Assembly: GCA_041658985.1 (NCBI GenBank)
Contig: JBAZZC010000002.1
Location: 17,120 to 81,119 of the forward strand
DNA length: 64,000 nt
From: Minisyncoccota bacterium
GTDB lineage: Bacteria > Patescibacteriota > Minisyncoccia > Phycocordibacterales > DATDWN01
Reading direction: 5' to 3'
Positions 8,420-19,019 of this stretch are shown here, piece after piece. Position numbers and translations under genes: made by a program. Under the pieces are notes generated by a model that saw only the letters and a list, made by a program, of their open reading frames with translations, did no database searches and had not been told where the DNA came from. Each line of letters opens with the position of its first letter. Positions within the stretch are counted from its first letter, which is position 1.

Positions 8420-10123
8420 TTAACCGTAGACCTCAATCTTTGGATGTTCGTGTCCGTCGGACAAACGTGCATACAATGATTTTATATGTTCCTCCTTTAT
8501 TTCTTGTCGGTGTTCTGGGTTGTCGTGTATATCCATAACGATTTTTGATGCGTACAGACCACCTAAAAAGTGAGGTAAAATAACGTAATTAACACCATTT
8601 TCATAATGTTCTAGAGCATCTTGTATTTTGTGAGCTACTACTACTACAAGTGTATTCTTGTTTTGTGATTTAACGACATGGTTTATAAGAATATTTGTTT
8701 CGGTGTTTGGTATAGTTGATACGACCAATTCTGTCTGAGAAAAATCTAACGACTCCAAATAATCAAGGTTAATAGCGTCTCCGTAATCAACACTTACTTC
8801 TTGCTGACGAAGTAATTCTATATTTTCTGGGTCATGGTCTACAACTAAAAAAGGTTTGCCCATTCTTTTAAATTCTTTTACGAAATCATACCCAACGCGA
8901 TTACTGCCAAAGAGAATTATTAGGTATTTAATTGTTTCAGTTTTTTCTTCGCGAGTTTTTTTGCGTTCAAATATGGAAAGATATTTGCCAATAACCTTAT
9001 AAATTTTATCCGAGTATAAGATAAGATATGAAGAACCAAATATGGTAATTAGTCCAACTAGGGTTACTAAAGAAAGAACACGATTATCAATGTGTCCATA
9101 ACTCACCCCCATAGCTAATAAAATAAGAGAAAATTCACTGACTTGAGCAACAGTCAGACCAGTTTGCAGACTGGTTCTTTTTTTATACCCCAAGATTCCC
9201 ATAATTATCATCAGGATTAAAGGTTCGCCAACAAGGACCAAGACAGAAAAGATAAGGGCTTGGGGTAAGATTTCTGAAGCAGAAGTTGTAGCCATGTGTG
9301 TGCCGAGCATAATGAAGAAAAGAACGATAAAGAAATCTCGCAGTGGGGCAATTCTCGCGCTTATCTCATGACGAGATGGCAGGTTAGATAAAGCAATGCC
9401 CGCAATTAAAGCGCCAGCTTCAATGGAAAAACCGCTGAACTTAAATATACTAGCAGTACCTAACCCCCAGACAATAGCAAACAAAAATAACAACTCAATA
9501 TTTTTTGAAAGAAATTTGTTAATCTTTGGTAGAAAATAAAAACCGATAATTAAAATGAGAATTATTAGAAGGATACTTCGCCCAAAAATTATACCAATAT
9601 CACCGAGAGAGGAGTTTCCTGTAGAAACAAGTGGAATAATAAAAAGAAGAGTAATGGCAATAAAATCTTGGACTAATAGAAAACCAATGGATATTTTGGC
9701 ATAAAGCGTCTCCATGTCACCTTTATCGGAAATAAGTTTAAGAATCATGATGGTACTACTGAAGGCCAGGGTTATTCCTATATATAGAGAGGCTAGGTCA
9801 GAAAAACCCATAAATGTAGCAATAAAATAGCCGACCACAGAGGTAACAACGACCTGACTAACTCCAGTAACCATAGCCACTGTGCCAAACTCCTTGATTA
9901 TTTTTGGATTAAGATTGATTCCGACAGTAAAAAGCAAGATGGCGATACCTATTTCAGAAAATAAAGTAAAAGTGTCTGGAGATATTGATGAAGCGATAAT
10001 TGGTCCAACAATGAGGCCAGTTAGGATGTGGCCGATGATTAAAGGTTGTCTAAGTAAACTCATTATAATAGACATTCCGAAGGCTACTCCTATGATGATA
10101 CTTAATTCAGCAAATAGAGACAT
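8420..10123 (-). CDS. CPA2/Kef-type cation:proton antiporter with a C-terminal TrkA-N (KTN) domain
   Basis: ~13 TM, FSEIGIAILLFTVG, AFSST, VQD, SEFSLIL, GSNRVG, YGDA. Confidence 0.9.
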   Translation of the reverse strand: MSLFAELSIIIGVAFGMSIIMSLLRQPLIIGHILTGLIVGPIIASSISPDTFTLFSEIGIAILLFTVGINLNPKIIKEFGTVAMVTGVSQVVVTSVVGYFIATFMGFSDLASLYIGITLAFSSTIMILKLISDKGDMETLYAKISIGFLLVQDFIAITLLFIIPLVSTGNSSLGDIGIIFGRSILLIILILIIGFYFLPKINKFLSKNIELLFLFAIVWGLGTASIFKFSGFSIEAGALIAGIALSNLPSRHEISARIAPLRDFFIVLFFIMLGTHMATTSASEILPQALIFSVLVLVGEPLILMIIMGILGYKKRTSLQTGLTVAQVSEFSLILLAMGVSYGHIDNRVLSLVTLVGLITIFGSSYLILYSDKIYKVIGKYLSIFERKKTREEKTETIKYLIILFGSNRVGYDFVKEFKRMGKPFLVVDHDPENIELLRQQEVSVDYGDAINLDYLESLDFSQTELVVSTIPNTETNILINHVVKSQNKNTLVVVVAHKIQDALEHYENGVNYVILPHFLGGLYASKIVMDIHDNPEHRQEIKEEHIKSLYARLSDGHEHPKIEVYG

Positions 10124-10170
10124 GGTTTAGTTGAAAGTTATAAAGTTCATAAAGTTTATAAAGTAAAACA

Positions 10171-10962
10171 CTACAAATATTTTTGAATATTTTTTTTGTG
10201 CTGTTCGTATGTACTAGCACAATGAATATTTCTGTTTTTGTCGTGCAGATAGTAAAGACAACTGGTCTTTTGGGGATTATATGCTGCTTCTATTGCCGCC
10301 AGACCTGGATTGGCAATAGGGCTTGGGGGCATATCATATATATATGTATTGAAGGGGGAATTGATTTTTTTATCTGCTGAGTTTATTTGTGGCCACCACA
10401 TACTCTCATCACCCTTAGCGTATTGGAGAGTGGCATCAATTTGTAATTTCATTCCCTTAAAAATTCTATTCCAAATAATTCCAGAGACAAGTTTCATATC
10501 ACTTTTACCAGCCGCTTCTCGCTGAATAAGAGAGGCTACAATTAGAGCGGTATTTTCATTTATAACCTTTGTTGATTTGGGTTTTTTTATAGATTCAACT
10601 TTTTTTCTAAACTCGTCTGTCATTGTTTTACTGACCACAACTGGGTCGCTGTCTTTGTGTATTAAATAAGTTTTTGGAAAATACTGTCCCTCAAAACTTT
10701 CTCTGGCATAGGCTAAATGGGCATTAAGAAACTCACCCTTTTTTGTTTCGTCCCAGCCAAAGTTTTTTACTAAAACATTAGCTACTTCTTCTTTTCGAAG
10801 ACCCTCCCCAACTCTAACTATTCTCACAGAAGGATTGGCTAGGTCTCCATAAAAAGATAGGGAAGTAAGTAATGACCAGTCTAGGTTGTAGTGAAACATT
10901 GTTCCCAAAAAGAAAATCAAAGACAACGCAAACAATCCAAATGTATGTCTTAGTTTAAACAT
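10171..10962 (-). CDS. Endolytic transglycosylase MltG-like (short paralogue)
   Basis: EG.YFP.TY, ASLIQRE, LQIDAT, SPFNTY, P.PIANPGL.AI.A. Confidence 0.85.
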   Translation of the reverse strand: MFKLRHTFGLFALSLIFFLGTMFHYNLDWSLLTSLSFYGDLANPSVRIVRVGEGLRKEEVANVLVKNFGWDETKKGEFLNAHLAYARESFEGQYFPKTYLIHKDSDPVVVSKTMTDEFRKKVESIKKPKSTKVINENTALIVASLIQREAAGKSDMKLVSGIIWNRIFKGMKLQIDATLQYAKGDESMWWPQINSADKKINSPFNTYIYDMPPSPIANPGLAAIEAAYNPQKTSCLYYLHDKNRNIHCASTYEQHKKNIQKYL

Positions 10963-11058
10963 AATTGAATAAAGTATATCATATAATATAGTTATTATAA
11001 ATTTTTAATTTATAATTTTCAATTTTACTATCTCACACTTTTTAGGTATTCTTACAGC

Positions 11059-12057
11059 ATGAGTTTATCAATCGGCATTGTTGGTCTACCTAATGTGGGA
11101 AAATCCACGCTCTTTAATGCCCTGACAAAAAAATCAGTTCCGGCAGAGAACTATCCTTTTTGTACTATTGACCCATCGGTCGGCATTGTTCCTGTGCCAG
11201 ATGAAAGATTATGGAAACTATCTGAATTCAGCAAATCAGCCAAAACTATTCCGGCAGTGGTTGAGTTTGTTGACATTGCTGGGCTAGTCAAGGGTGCTTC
11301 AACAGGTGAAGGCCTGGGTAATAAATTTCTTACAAATATCAGAGAAGTAGACGCTATTTTAGAAATGGTTAGAGTCTTTGACGATAAAGATATTATTCAT
11401 GTTCACAATAAAGTAGACCCTTTATTTGATATTGGAGTTATAAATCTAGAACTTATCTTGGCTGACTTACAAACTATCACAAAAAGATTAGTCAGTCTTG
11501 TTAAAGATGTTAAAAGGGGAGATAAAACTGCTGTACTGGAAAATGAGGTACTAGAAAAGGCCCATAAGTGTCTAGAAGGAGAGAAACTGGCATCAAGTAT
11601 GCAGTTGGATGAAACAGAAAAGAAAATTTTATCTACGATGCAACTGCTGACCATGAAGCCAATTTTGTATGCTCTGAACACTTCAGAGGCATCTGTAAAT
11701 AATACAAACATAACAGATAAAATTCCCGGGCCATTTGTAGTAATTGACCCAATTTTTGAAAAAGGATTTGACGATTTAATTAAAAAAAGTTATGAGACGC
11801 TAGATTTGATTACCTATTTTACAACTGGCACTGATGAAACTCGTGCCTGGACAATAAAACGAAACTCAACAGCGCCGGTTGCGGGGATGGCTATACACAC
11901 TGATTTCAAAGATAAATTTATTCGTGCCGAAGTTGTGTTCAATGAAGATTTGCTCAAGGCTGGTTCCTATGTATTGGCTCGTGAAAAGGGATTGGTGAGA
12001 ACAGAAGGAAAGGAATATGTGGTTCGGGATGGAGATGTAATAGAATTTAGGATATAA
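11059..12057 (+). CDS. ychF: Ribosome-binding ATPase YchF
   Basis: GIVGLPNVGKSTLFNALT, NYPFCTIDP, DIAGLVKGAS.GEGLGNKFL, EGKEYVV.DGD. Confidence 0.97.
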   Translation: MSLSIGIVGLPNVGKSTLFNALTKKSVPAENYPFCTIDPSVGIVPVPDERLWKLSEFSKSAKTIPAVVEFVDIAGLVKGASTGEGLGNKFLTNIREVDAILEMVRVFDDKDIIHVHNKVDPLFDIGVINLELILADLQTITKRLVSLVKDVKRGDKTAVLENEVLEKAHKCLEGEKLASSMQLDETEKKILSTMQLLTMKPILYALNTSEASVNNTNITDKIPGPFVVIDPIFEKGFDDLIKKSYETLDLITYFTTGTDETRAWTIKRNSTAPVAGMAIHTDFKDKFIRAEVVFNEDLLKAGSYVLAREKGLVRTEGKEYVVRDGDVIEFRI

Positions 12058-12108
12058 CTTTCAAATTTACGATAAGTGTGCTAATTTAAATCCAGAAAGG
12101 ACGTGATT

Positions 12109-12264
12109 ATGAGTAACCATCCCGTAGTAGTCACACTGGCTGTTCTTGCGATAGCACAGGCCATACCACTCATCGTGGTGGTTGCCCTGTCGTTTTTCCC
12201 ATGGGCAAAGAAGACACCGTCAGATTTCTTTTGTGATTTGTGGGAACTGATCACGAAAGGATGA
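12109..12264 (+). CDS. Small hydrophobic orphan peptide (51 aa)
   Basis: AGAAAGGA SD; MSNHPVVVTLAVLAIAQAIPLIVVVALSFFPW... Confidence 0.5.
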   Translation: MSNHPVVVTLAVLAIAQAIPLIVVVALSFFPWAKKTPSDFFCDLWELITKG

Positions 12265-12268
12265 TGAG

Positions 12269-12403
12269 ATGAAGCTGGTCTTCAGCGCCAAGAGAGCGAT
12301 TTGGCTTTTCGTCATTATCATGTTGCTCGGTTGTTGGCTGTCAACAACTGACACAATTGTGGGACAGCTCCTGCGATTGTTTATGTGGCTTGCTCTTCTC
12401 TAG
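12269..12403 (+). CDS. Small hydrophobic orphan peptide (44 aa)
   Basis: AAAGGA SD; MKLVFSAKRAIWLFVIIMLLGCWL...; followed by a GC hairpin and U-tract at about 12418-12450. Confidence 0.5.
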   Translation: MKLVFSAKRAIWLFVIIMLLGCWLSTTDTIVGQLLRLFMWLALL

Positions 12404-12478
12404 ATGTTCTGTCGTCTGGGCCCTCGCATCGTGCGCGGGTTCTTTCGTTTATGTACAAAAACATGTTATAATTACGGG

Positions 12479-12883
12479 ATGAAAAAAGGATATAAAGACA
12501 ATATTGAAAAATTAACAACAGAGAATATTAGTTTCCGAAAGGTCCTCTATACTGGCGAGGAAAGTCAGCTTGTTTTAATGAACCTAATTCCTGGAGAGGA
12601 AATAGGAAGTGAAGTTCATCCTGACAACGACCAGTTTTTTAGGTTTGAATCTGGCAACGGTGATGTTAGAATAAATGACGTAGATTACTCAGTTACAGAT
12701 GGAGATGCTGTTATTGTGCCAAAAGGGGCAACTCACAATGTAATAAATACAGGCAAAGTGGCTCTGAAGTTTTACACTATATATAGTCCCGCACATCATA
12801 AAGATGGAATTGAAAGAATGACCAAAGAAGAAGCCTTGTCACAGGAAGCAGAATTTGACGGCATAACAACAGAATTAAATTAA
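12479..12883 (+). CDS. Cupin domain protein
   Basis: FRKVLYTG, EIG.EVH..DQFF, VPKG..HNV.N, YTIYSP.HH. Confidence 0.9.
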   Translation: MKKGYKDNIEKLTTENISFRKVLYTGEESQLVLMNLIPGEEIGSEVHPDNDQFFRFESGNGDVRINDVDYSVTDGDAVIVPKGATHNVINTGKVALKFYTIYSPAHHKDGIERMTKEEALSQEAEFDGITTELN

Positions 12884-12889
12884 CACTTG

Positions 12890-12986
12890 TCCAGTTAGAA
12901 GTAGACGAGGATAAATTAATAAATCTATAATTATTACTTAATTAAAGTTTCAACCAAATAAAAATAAGGTTAGACTTCTAATGGGA
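12890..12986 (+). repeat. Fold-back element whose right end forms the A of the next ATG
   Basis: tccagttagaagt ... acttctaatggga-TG; interior taattattacttaattaaagt resembles the 28718/31178 elements. Confidence 0.75.
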
Positions 12987-13894
12987 TGGAATCACAAAAT
13001 AAACCCACAGCAAAAGATTTTTTTCTAAATCTTGGAGCAATTATTGCTCTTGGTGTGTTTGTGGGAAATTTAATAAGCTTATTGTTTACAGTAATAAATA
13101 AAGCCTATCCAATAACTACAGGATATAATTATTATAGTAGTTACTCTATTAGTTTTCCGGTAGCGACTCTAATTATCGTATTTCCTTTATATATACTATT
13201 TATGTGGTTACTGGAGAGAGATTATTCTGTTTATCCTGAACAAAAACGTGGTTTTGTCAGGAGGTGGTTGACCTTCATCACTCTATTCGTGTCTGGAGGA
13301 ACACTGATTGGTGATTTGGTCACAGTTTTATATTACTTTATTGATGGTCAGGAAATGACAGCTGGTTTTATAATGAAGATTTTGTCAATTTTGGTAATTT
13401 CTTTGGCTATTTTCTTCTATTACACCTATGATTTGTTAGGAAAATCAAATAACACTTCCAGAAAAATCTGGGTTGGTGCTTCCGTACTAGTAATTTTATT
13501 GTCTATTGTGTGGGGTTTTTCAGTTTTGGGTTCTCCTAGAACACAAAGACTACTAAAGTATGATGAACAAAAAGTTAATGATTTAGCAAGTATCAGTAAT
13601 AAAATAAACACATATTATTCTCAAAAGGGAGATTTGCCAGTCGTTCTTGCTGATACGGGACTGGATTATTATGTCCCAGAGGTTGATTCCCAATCTCAGA
13701 AACCATATGAATATACTAAAACGGGAAATACAACATATAATATTTGTGCAGAGTTTAACAAGGCATCAACAGAAGGTAATCAGAGATATAAATACCCTAG
13801 TTATCTTAGTACATGGCAACATCCAGCTGGTAGATATTGTTTTAATAAGACAATAAATCCAAATCTATATTCTGAACCTATTCCTGTATACTAG
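12986..13894 (+). CDS. Membrane protein with DUF5671-like N-domain and pilin-like C-terminal region
   Basis: DFFL.L, RRWL.F.TLF, GDL..L..F+.G, GSP...R...D, DP/S...PYEY, Y..CA.F. Confidence 0.7.
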   Translation: MESQNKPTAKDFFLNLGAIIALGVFVGNLISLLFTVINKAYPITTGYNYYSSYSISFPVATLIIVFPLYILFMWLLERDYSVYPEQKRGFVRRWLTFITLFVSGGTLIGDLVTVLYYFIDGQEMTAGFIMKILSILVISLAIFFYYTYDLLGKSNNTSRKIWVGASVLVILLSIVWGFSVLGSPRTQRLLKYDEQKVNDLASISNKINTYYSQKGDLPVVLADTGLDYYVPEVDSQSQKPYEYTKTGNTTYNICAEFNKASTEGNQRYKYPSYLSTWQHPAGRYCFNKTINPNLYSEPIPVY

Positions 13895-13909
13895 AGAAAA
13901 TTATTTGAT

Positions 13910-13947
13910 AAAAAAACCACGCGGAATTTCTCTGTGTGGTTTTTTTT
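13910..13947. terminator. Intrinsic terminator, possibly bidirectional
   Basis: aaaaaaaccacgcgga-tttc-tctgtgtggttttttt. Confidence 0.75.
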
Positions 13948-13982
13948 GCAAATGAGGCATATTTTGGTTAGTATATAGAAAC

Positions 13983-16559
13983 ATGGAGAAAGATAAACAA
14001 AAAGAATACAACCATCTAGAGATTGAGAAAAAATGGCAAAAAGAGTGGGACAAAAAGAAGGTCTACAAAACCAAGAAAATCGCCTCTTCGGCGATCCGCC
14101 GAGGAGGCGGAAAATGTTATGTCTTGGATATGTTCCCATACCCTAGTGGTTTAGGGCTTCATGTTGGACATCCTAAGGGTTACATTGGCTCTGACGTATA
14201 TGCTCGGATGAAAAGGATGCAAGGTTTCAATGTTTTGCATCCAATGGGATACGACGCTTTTGGTTTGCCTGCTGAGCAATATGCCTTAGAACACAAAATT
14301 GCTCCACAAAAAGCCGTAACGGAAAACGTAAAAACATTTGAGAGCCAATTAAATAAAATCGGGCTTTCATACGATTGGGATAGAAGAATAAACACAACAG
14401 ACCCAAGTTATTATCGCTGGACACAATGGATTTTTCTAAAACTTTACAACTCTTGGTACAACAAAGATAAAAACAAAGCTGAACCGATCGGTGAGCTAGT
14501 AAAAATATTTGAGAAATCAGATTTGGAATGGAAGAAAAAAAATTCAAAGGAAAAACAAGATATTTTGATGAAATATCGCCTAGCTTATGAAGGTTACAGT
14601 GAGGTTAACTGGTGTCCAGTTTTAGGTACTGTTCTTGCAAATGATGAAGTTCTAGATAGTCCGAAAGGTCCTATCTCAGAGAGAGGGGGATTCCCCGTAG
14701 TTAAAAAAGAGATGCGACAATGGTTTCTGCGTATTACCGCTTATGCAGACAGGTTGTTGTCAGGTTTGGAGACTCTGAATTGGTCGGAGCACATCAAGGA
14801 AATCCAAAGGAACTGGATTGGAGAAAGTAAAGGTTTGCTTTTTAAAGCAAAAGTGAAAGATTCAAATATTGTCTTGGAAACATTTAACGCACACTTCACA
14901 GCGTGTTACGCAGACACTTTTTTTGTAATTGCCCCGGACCACCCACTATTATCAAAGCTTCTAGAAGGAAGACCAGAGGAAAAAGAGGTTTTAGAGAAGG
15001 CCAAAGAAATTGTAGAAAAAAGAAACAAGTTTCCAGAAGGTGAATATCGGGAAATAGATGGAATTTTTACCGGCAGATATGCGGTTGACCCATTAGGTAA
15101 TGGTGATTTGCCTATTTGGGTGGCCAGCTTTGCTTTGAAAAATTATGGTACTGGTATTGTAAAATGTTCTGCTCATGATGAAAGAGATTTTGCCTTTGCT
15201 AAAAAATTTAATATTAAACTCAAGGTTGTTTTGTTACCCACAGATGAGAATTTAGGTAAAAAAGTTTTTGCTCAAGAAATTTGTTTTTCCGACATGGAGC
15301 GTGGAGTTTTAACTGAGCCACAAGAATTAATGGGTAGACGGGCTGGTGAGGTTAAAAATGAAATAATTAAACATGTTACATCTCGTGGATATGCCAAAGC
15401 TCTTACAATGTACAAGATGCGGGACGCTATTTTTGCCAGACAAAGATATTGGGGTGAACCAATTCCTCTTTTTAAAGATAAGGAAGGTTTAATAGGTGAA
15501 ATTCCTGAAAAAGACCTTCCTCTTAAATTACCAAAAGTTAAATCTTATATGCCGACAGGAACGGGGGAATCGCCTTTGGCCAGTGTGACTTCGTGGGTCA
15601 AAAAGGGGCTAGAAACAAATACCATGCCTGGGTGGGCTGGTTCCTCGTGGTATTTTCTTCGTTACATGGACCCAAAAAACAAGAAAGCTTTTGCTGACAG
15701 AAAAGCTATTAAATACTGGAAGAATGTCGATATGTATGTTGGTGGTCAGGAACATGCTACGGGGCATTTATTGTATTCTCGTTTCTGGAATAAATTTTTA
15801 AAGGATTATGATTTAGTTGTGACAGAGGAGCCGTTTCAGACACTTAGAAACCAGGGAATGATTTTAGGTAGTGATAATCGTAAAATGAGTAAGCGGTGGG
15901 GGAATGTAATAAACCCAGATGATGTTGTCAGAATATATGGGGCAGACACCTTACGCGTTTACGAAATGTTTATGGGGCCTTTTGAAGCGTCACTGCCGTG
16001 GAGTACTGATAATATACTCGGCGCCCGGAGGTTCATTGAGAAGGTTTGGCGCCTCAAGTCGAAAGTTGAAAGTCGAAAGTTTATAAAGTCTTCAGAAAAT
16101 ATTGAAAGAGCACTTCATAAAACAATTAAAAAAGTCACAGAGGATATTGAAAGTTTTGCCTTTAATACTGCTATATCTAGCATGATGATTTTCTTGAATG
16201 AAATGGAAAAACAAGAATTCGTTGCAAAAAAAGATTTTGAATTATTTTTAAAAATACTTTCTCCTTTTGCTCCTCACATAACAGAAGAAGTTTGGAAGTC
16301 TTTCGGACACAAAATATTTTTAGTTTTAGAAAAATGGCCTCAGGTTGATATAAAAAAAATACAGGAATTAGAAATAAAAATTGTTGTGCAAATAAATGGT
16401 AAAATACGAGCAACCATTCAAATCCATTTTGGGGCAAAAGAAGAGGAGGTCATCTCTTTGGTCAGAGGATTGTCGGAAGTGGAAAAATGGCTTCTTAATA
16501 AAGAGGTCAAAAAAACTATTTTTGTCCCAAATAGGCTTATAAATATAGTCACTTTTTAA
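13983..16559 (+). CDS. leuS: Leucine--tRNA ligase
   Basis: MFPYPSG.GLHVGH, VNWCP..GTVLANDE, QRYWGEPIP, KMSKR. Confidence 0.97.
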   Translation: MEKDKQKEYNHLEIEKKWQKEWDKKKVYKTKKIASSAIRRGGGKCYVLDMFPYPSGLGLHVGHPKGYIGSDVYARMKRMQGFNVLHPMGYDAFGLPAEQYALEHKIAPQKAVTENVKTFESQLNKIGLSYDWDRRINTTDPSYYRWTQWIFLKLYNSWYNKDKNKAEPIGELVKIFEKSDLEWKKKNSKEKQDILMKYRLAYEGYSEVNWCPVLGTVLANDEVLDSPKGPISERGGFPVVKKEMRQWFLRITAYADRLLSGLETLNWSEHIKEIQRNWIGESKGLLFKAKVKDSNIVLETFNAHFTACYADTFFVIAPDHPLLSKLLEGRPEEKEVLEKAKEIVEKRNKFPEGEYREIDGIFTGRYAVDPLGNGDLPIWVASFALKNYGTGIVKCSAHDERDFAFAKKFNIKLKVVLLPTDENLGKKVFAQEICFSDMERGVLTEPQELMGRRAGEVKNEIIKHVTSRGYAKALTMYKMRDAIFARQRYWGEPIPLFKDKEGLIGEIPEKDLPLKLPKVKSYMPTGTGESPLASVTSWVKKGLETNTMPGWAGSSWYFLRYMDPKNKKAFADRKAIKYWKNVDMYVGGQEHATGHLLYSRFWNKFLKDYDLVVTEEPFQTLRNQGMILGSDNRKMSKRWGNVINPDDVVRIYGADTLRVYEMFMGPFEASLPWSTDNILGARRFIEKVWRLKSKVESRKFIKSSENIERALHKTIKKVTEDIESFAFNTAISSMMIFLNEMEKQEFVAKKDFELFLKILSPFAPHITEEVWKSFGHKIFLVLEKWPQVDIKKIQELEIKIVVQINGKIRATIQIHFGAKEEEVISLVRGLSEVEKWLLNKEVKKTIFVPNRLINIVTF

Positions 16560-16673
16560 TACATAAGAATCTTTAATAACATAATTCGTCAATGCTTGAC
16601 TTAGATTGACAATAATGATACAAATAGGGTACATTTGTTGTAACTAATTTTAGTAATTATTAGTAGATATTAC

Positions 16674-17711
16674 ATGATAGAAAAAACACCAATCACATTT
16701 AAACCAAAGCAGATAGTAAAAAAACTACTTTCTGTGTTAGGTAATAGGTCACAAGATGTATTAATAAATCGTTTTGGTTTAGGTAGCGATACGAAGCGGA
16801 TGACTCTTGAAGCGATTGGAAAAAAATATAAGATTACTCGTGAACGCGTAAGACAAATTGAAAACTATTCAATTATTAATATTCGCAAATCAAAAGAGTA
16901 CACGAAAGAGAAACTAGTTTTTGATGAATTAAAAAACATAGTCACAAATTTAGGTTCAGTTATCTCTGAAGAACATCTTTTACAACATCTCTCAAAAGAT
17001 AAAAGTATTCAAAATCATTTACATTTTTTACTTGTAATAGGTGAAGATTTTCATAGGGAAAAAGAAGATGACGAGTTTAAACATCGCTGGACAGTTGATA
17101 AAGAATTATCAAAAAAGATTCATTTATCCCTTCGTCAGCTTTATTCAACTCTGTCGGATGACGAAATTTTACTTGAGTCAGATATGATAGAAAAATTTTT
17201 AGACAGTTTGAAAGATGTTTCAGATAAATATAAAAATCAAGAAATAGCAAAAAGATGGTTAGAGCTTTCAAAATTAATTGGTAAAAATCCTCTCGGCGAG
17301 TGGGGAAAGACAAAATCACCAAACATAAATGCCAAAGGCATGCGAGATTATGCTTTTTTGGTTATTCGTCGACACGGTTCTCCTATCCATTTTAGAGAGG
17401 TAGCAAAGCTCATTACCGAATTATTTAAGAAAAAAGCTCATATAGCAACAACACACAACGAATTAATAAAAGACCCTAGATTTGTTTTGGTTGGAAGGGG
17501 TTTATATGCCTTATCCGAGTGGGGATATATGAGTGGGGTAGTAAAGGATGTTATCAAAACAGTTTTAGAGAAAAATGGTCCGATGACAAAGGATGAAATT
17601 ATAAAGAAGGTCTTGAAAGAGAGATATGTTAAGGAGAATACCATCATGGTAAATCTTCAGAATCCGAAATATTTTAAGAAATCTAAAGACGGAAAATATA
17701 ATGTGATTTAG
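16674..17711 (+). CDS. Sigma70 region-4-like HTH plus C-terminal HARE-HTH (RNAP delta-like) protein
   Basis: RFGL...TLEAIG..Y.ITRERVRQIE; HNELIKD.RFVLVGRGLYAL.EWG. Confidence 0.8.
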   Translation: MIEKTPITFKPKQIVKKLLSVLGNRSQDVLINRFGLGSDTKRMTLEAIGKKYKITRERVRQIENYSIINIRKSKEYTKEKLVFDELKNIVTNLGSVISEEHLLQHLSKDKSIQNHLHFLLVIGEDFHREKEDDEFKHRWTVDKELSKKIHLSLRQLYSTLSDDEILLESDMIEKFLDSLKDVSDKYKNQEIAKRWLELSKLIGKNPLGEWGKTKSPNINAKGMRDYAFLVIRRHGSPIHFREVAKLITELFKKKAHIATTHNELIKDPRFVLVGRGLYALSEWGYMSGVVKDVIKTVLEKNGPMTKDEIIKKVLKERYVKENTIMVNLQNPKYFKKSKDGKYNVI

Positions 17712-17763
17712 AAAATCGTCCTCTAAGGGTGGTTTTTTACAGCAGATTAGATATAATTAATTT

Positions 17764-19005
17764 ATGTTTGAATCATTAATTCATTTGTTTCAGAATGACA
17801 GTTTTTTGCTGACATTAAAAATAGTTTATTATTCCTCCTTTATTTTTATTCCATTTTTCTTGGTTTTTATACTTACTGATTTATGGATTCAATATAAAAG
17901 AGCAAAATATTTTGCTAAACAAGAGTACTTGTTACTTGAAATAAAGGTGCCGAGAGATGTTTTTAAATCCCCAAAAGCCATGGAATTTTTTCTTAATGGT
18001 TTGTCTCAACCTTACGGTGAAACTTGGTATACCGTATGGACAAATGGAGCTGCTCGGCCCTGGTTTTCCTTAGAGATTGTTTCTATAAGTGGAGTAATTC
18101 ATTTCTTTATTTGGACAAGAAAATCTTACAAAAATGCAATTGAGGCCAATTTGTATTCTCAATATCCAGGTATAGAGATATTTGTAGTTCCGGATTATGT
18201 ACAATTTATTAAGTTTGACCCAGAAAATGTTGGTCTCTTTACTACTGAGTTTGCCCTGACCAAATCTGATGCATATCCAATAAAAACATATGTTGATTAT
18301 GGTATGGAAAAAGACCCAAAAGAGGAGTTTAAGGTTGACCCATTAACTCCTATGATTGAATTTTTAGGTTCTATCGGACAAGGTCATCAGGTTTGGATTC
18401 AGATTCTAGTTAGGGCACATGTTAGTGAAGATAAAGACAAAACAACTGGTAAAAAAGTGGATTTAAAATGGAAAAAGGCAGCAGAAAAAGAAATAGAAGA
18501 CATTATTAAAAAATCAAAAGGAGAGAAAGATAAAGACGGCAAACCTGTTCCGGGTACAAATAGAATGCCAACTGATGGTGAATCTGAAACAATAAAAGCT
18601 CTAGAGCGTAGTATTTCAAAGTTAGGTTATGATGTCGGTATTCGGGCTATTTATACGGCACCGAAAGATATTTTTGATGGAAGTAAAATAGGCGGAATAA
18701 TTGGAGGAATAACTCATTTTAATTCAGGTAATCTTAACGGATTTAGGCCAAAAATTGCCGGGGGTAGTTATGTGTATCCATGGCAAGACAGGAAAAAAAA
18801 GAAAACTAATTTTGAGAAACAAGATATGTTTGATGCATATAAACGCAGAGCCTATTTTTACAAACCCTATAAGAGAAATCCATTTGTCTTAAATACAGAA
18901 GAACTTGCAACAATTTTTCATTTTCCTGGAAGTGTTTCTAGTACACCAACATTTACCCGTATTGAATCAAGAAAAGGAGAGGCTCCGGCCAATCTGCCAA
19001 TTTAG
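17764..19005 (+). CDS. Conserved hypothetical membrane-anchored protein
   Basis: LLEIK.P, FSLEI.S, YSQYP, YPIKTY and LN.EELATIFH.P motifs, as recalled from CPR proteins often linked to VirD4/TraG-like ATPases. Confidence 0.65.
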   Translation: MFESLIHLFQNDSFLLTLKIVYYSSFIFIPFFLVFILTDLWIQYKRAKYFAKQEYLLLEIKVPRDVFKSPKAMEFFLNGLSQPYGETWYTVWTNGAARPWFSLEIVSISGVIHFFIWTRKSYKNAIEANLYSQYPGIEIFVVPDYVQFIKFDPENVGLFTTEFALTKSDAYPIKTYVDYGMEKDPKEEFKVDPLTPMIEFLGSIGQGHQVWIQILVRAHVSEDKDKTTGKKVDLKWKKAAEKEIEDIIKKSKGEKDKDGKPVPGTNRMPTDGESETIKALERSISKLGYDVGIRAIYTAPKDIFDGSKIGGIIGGITHFNSGNLNGFRPKIAGGSYVYPWQDRKKKKTNFEKQDMFDAYKRRAYFYKPYKRNPFVLNTEELATIFHFPGSVSSTPTFTRIESRKGEAPANLPI

Positions 19006-19019
19006 ATAAACATAAGAAT

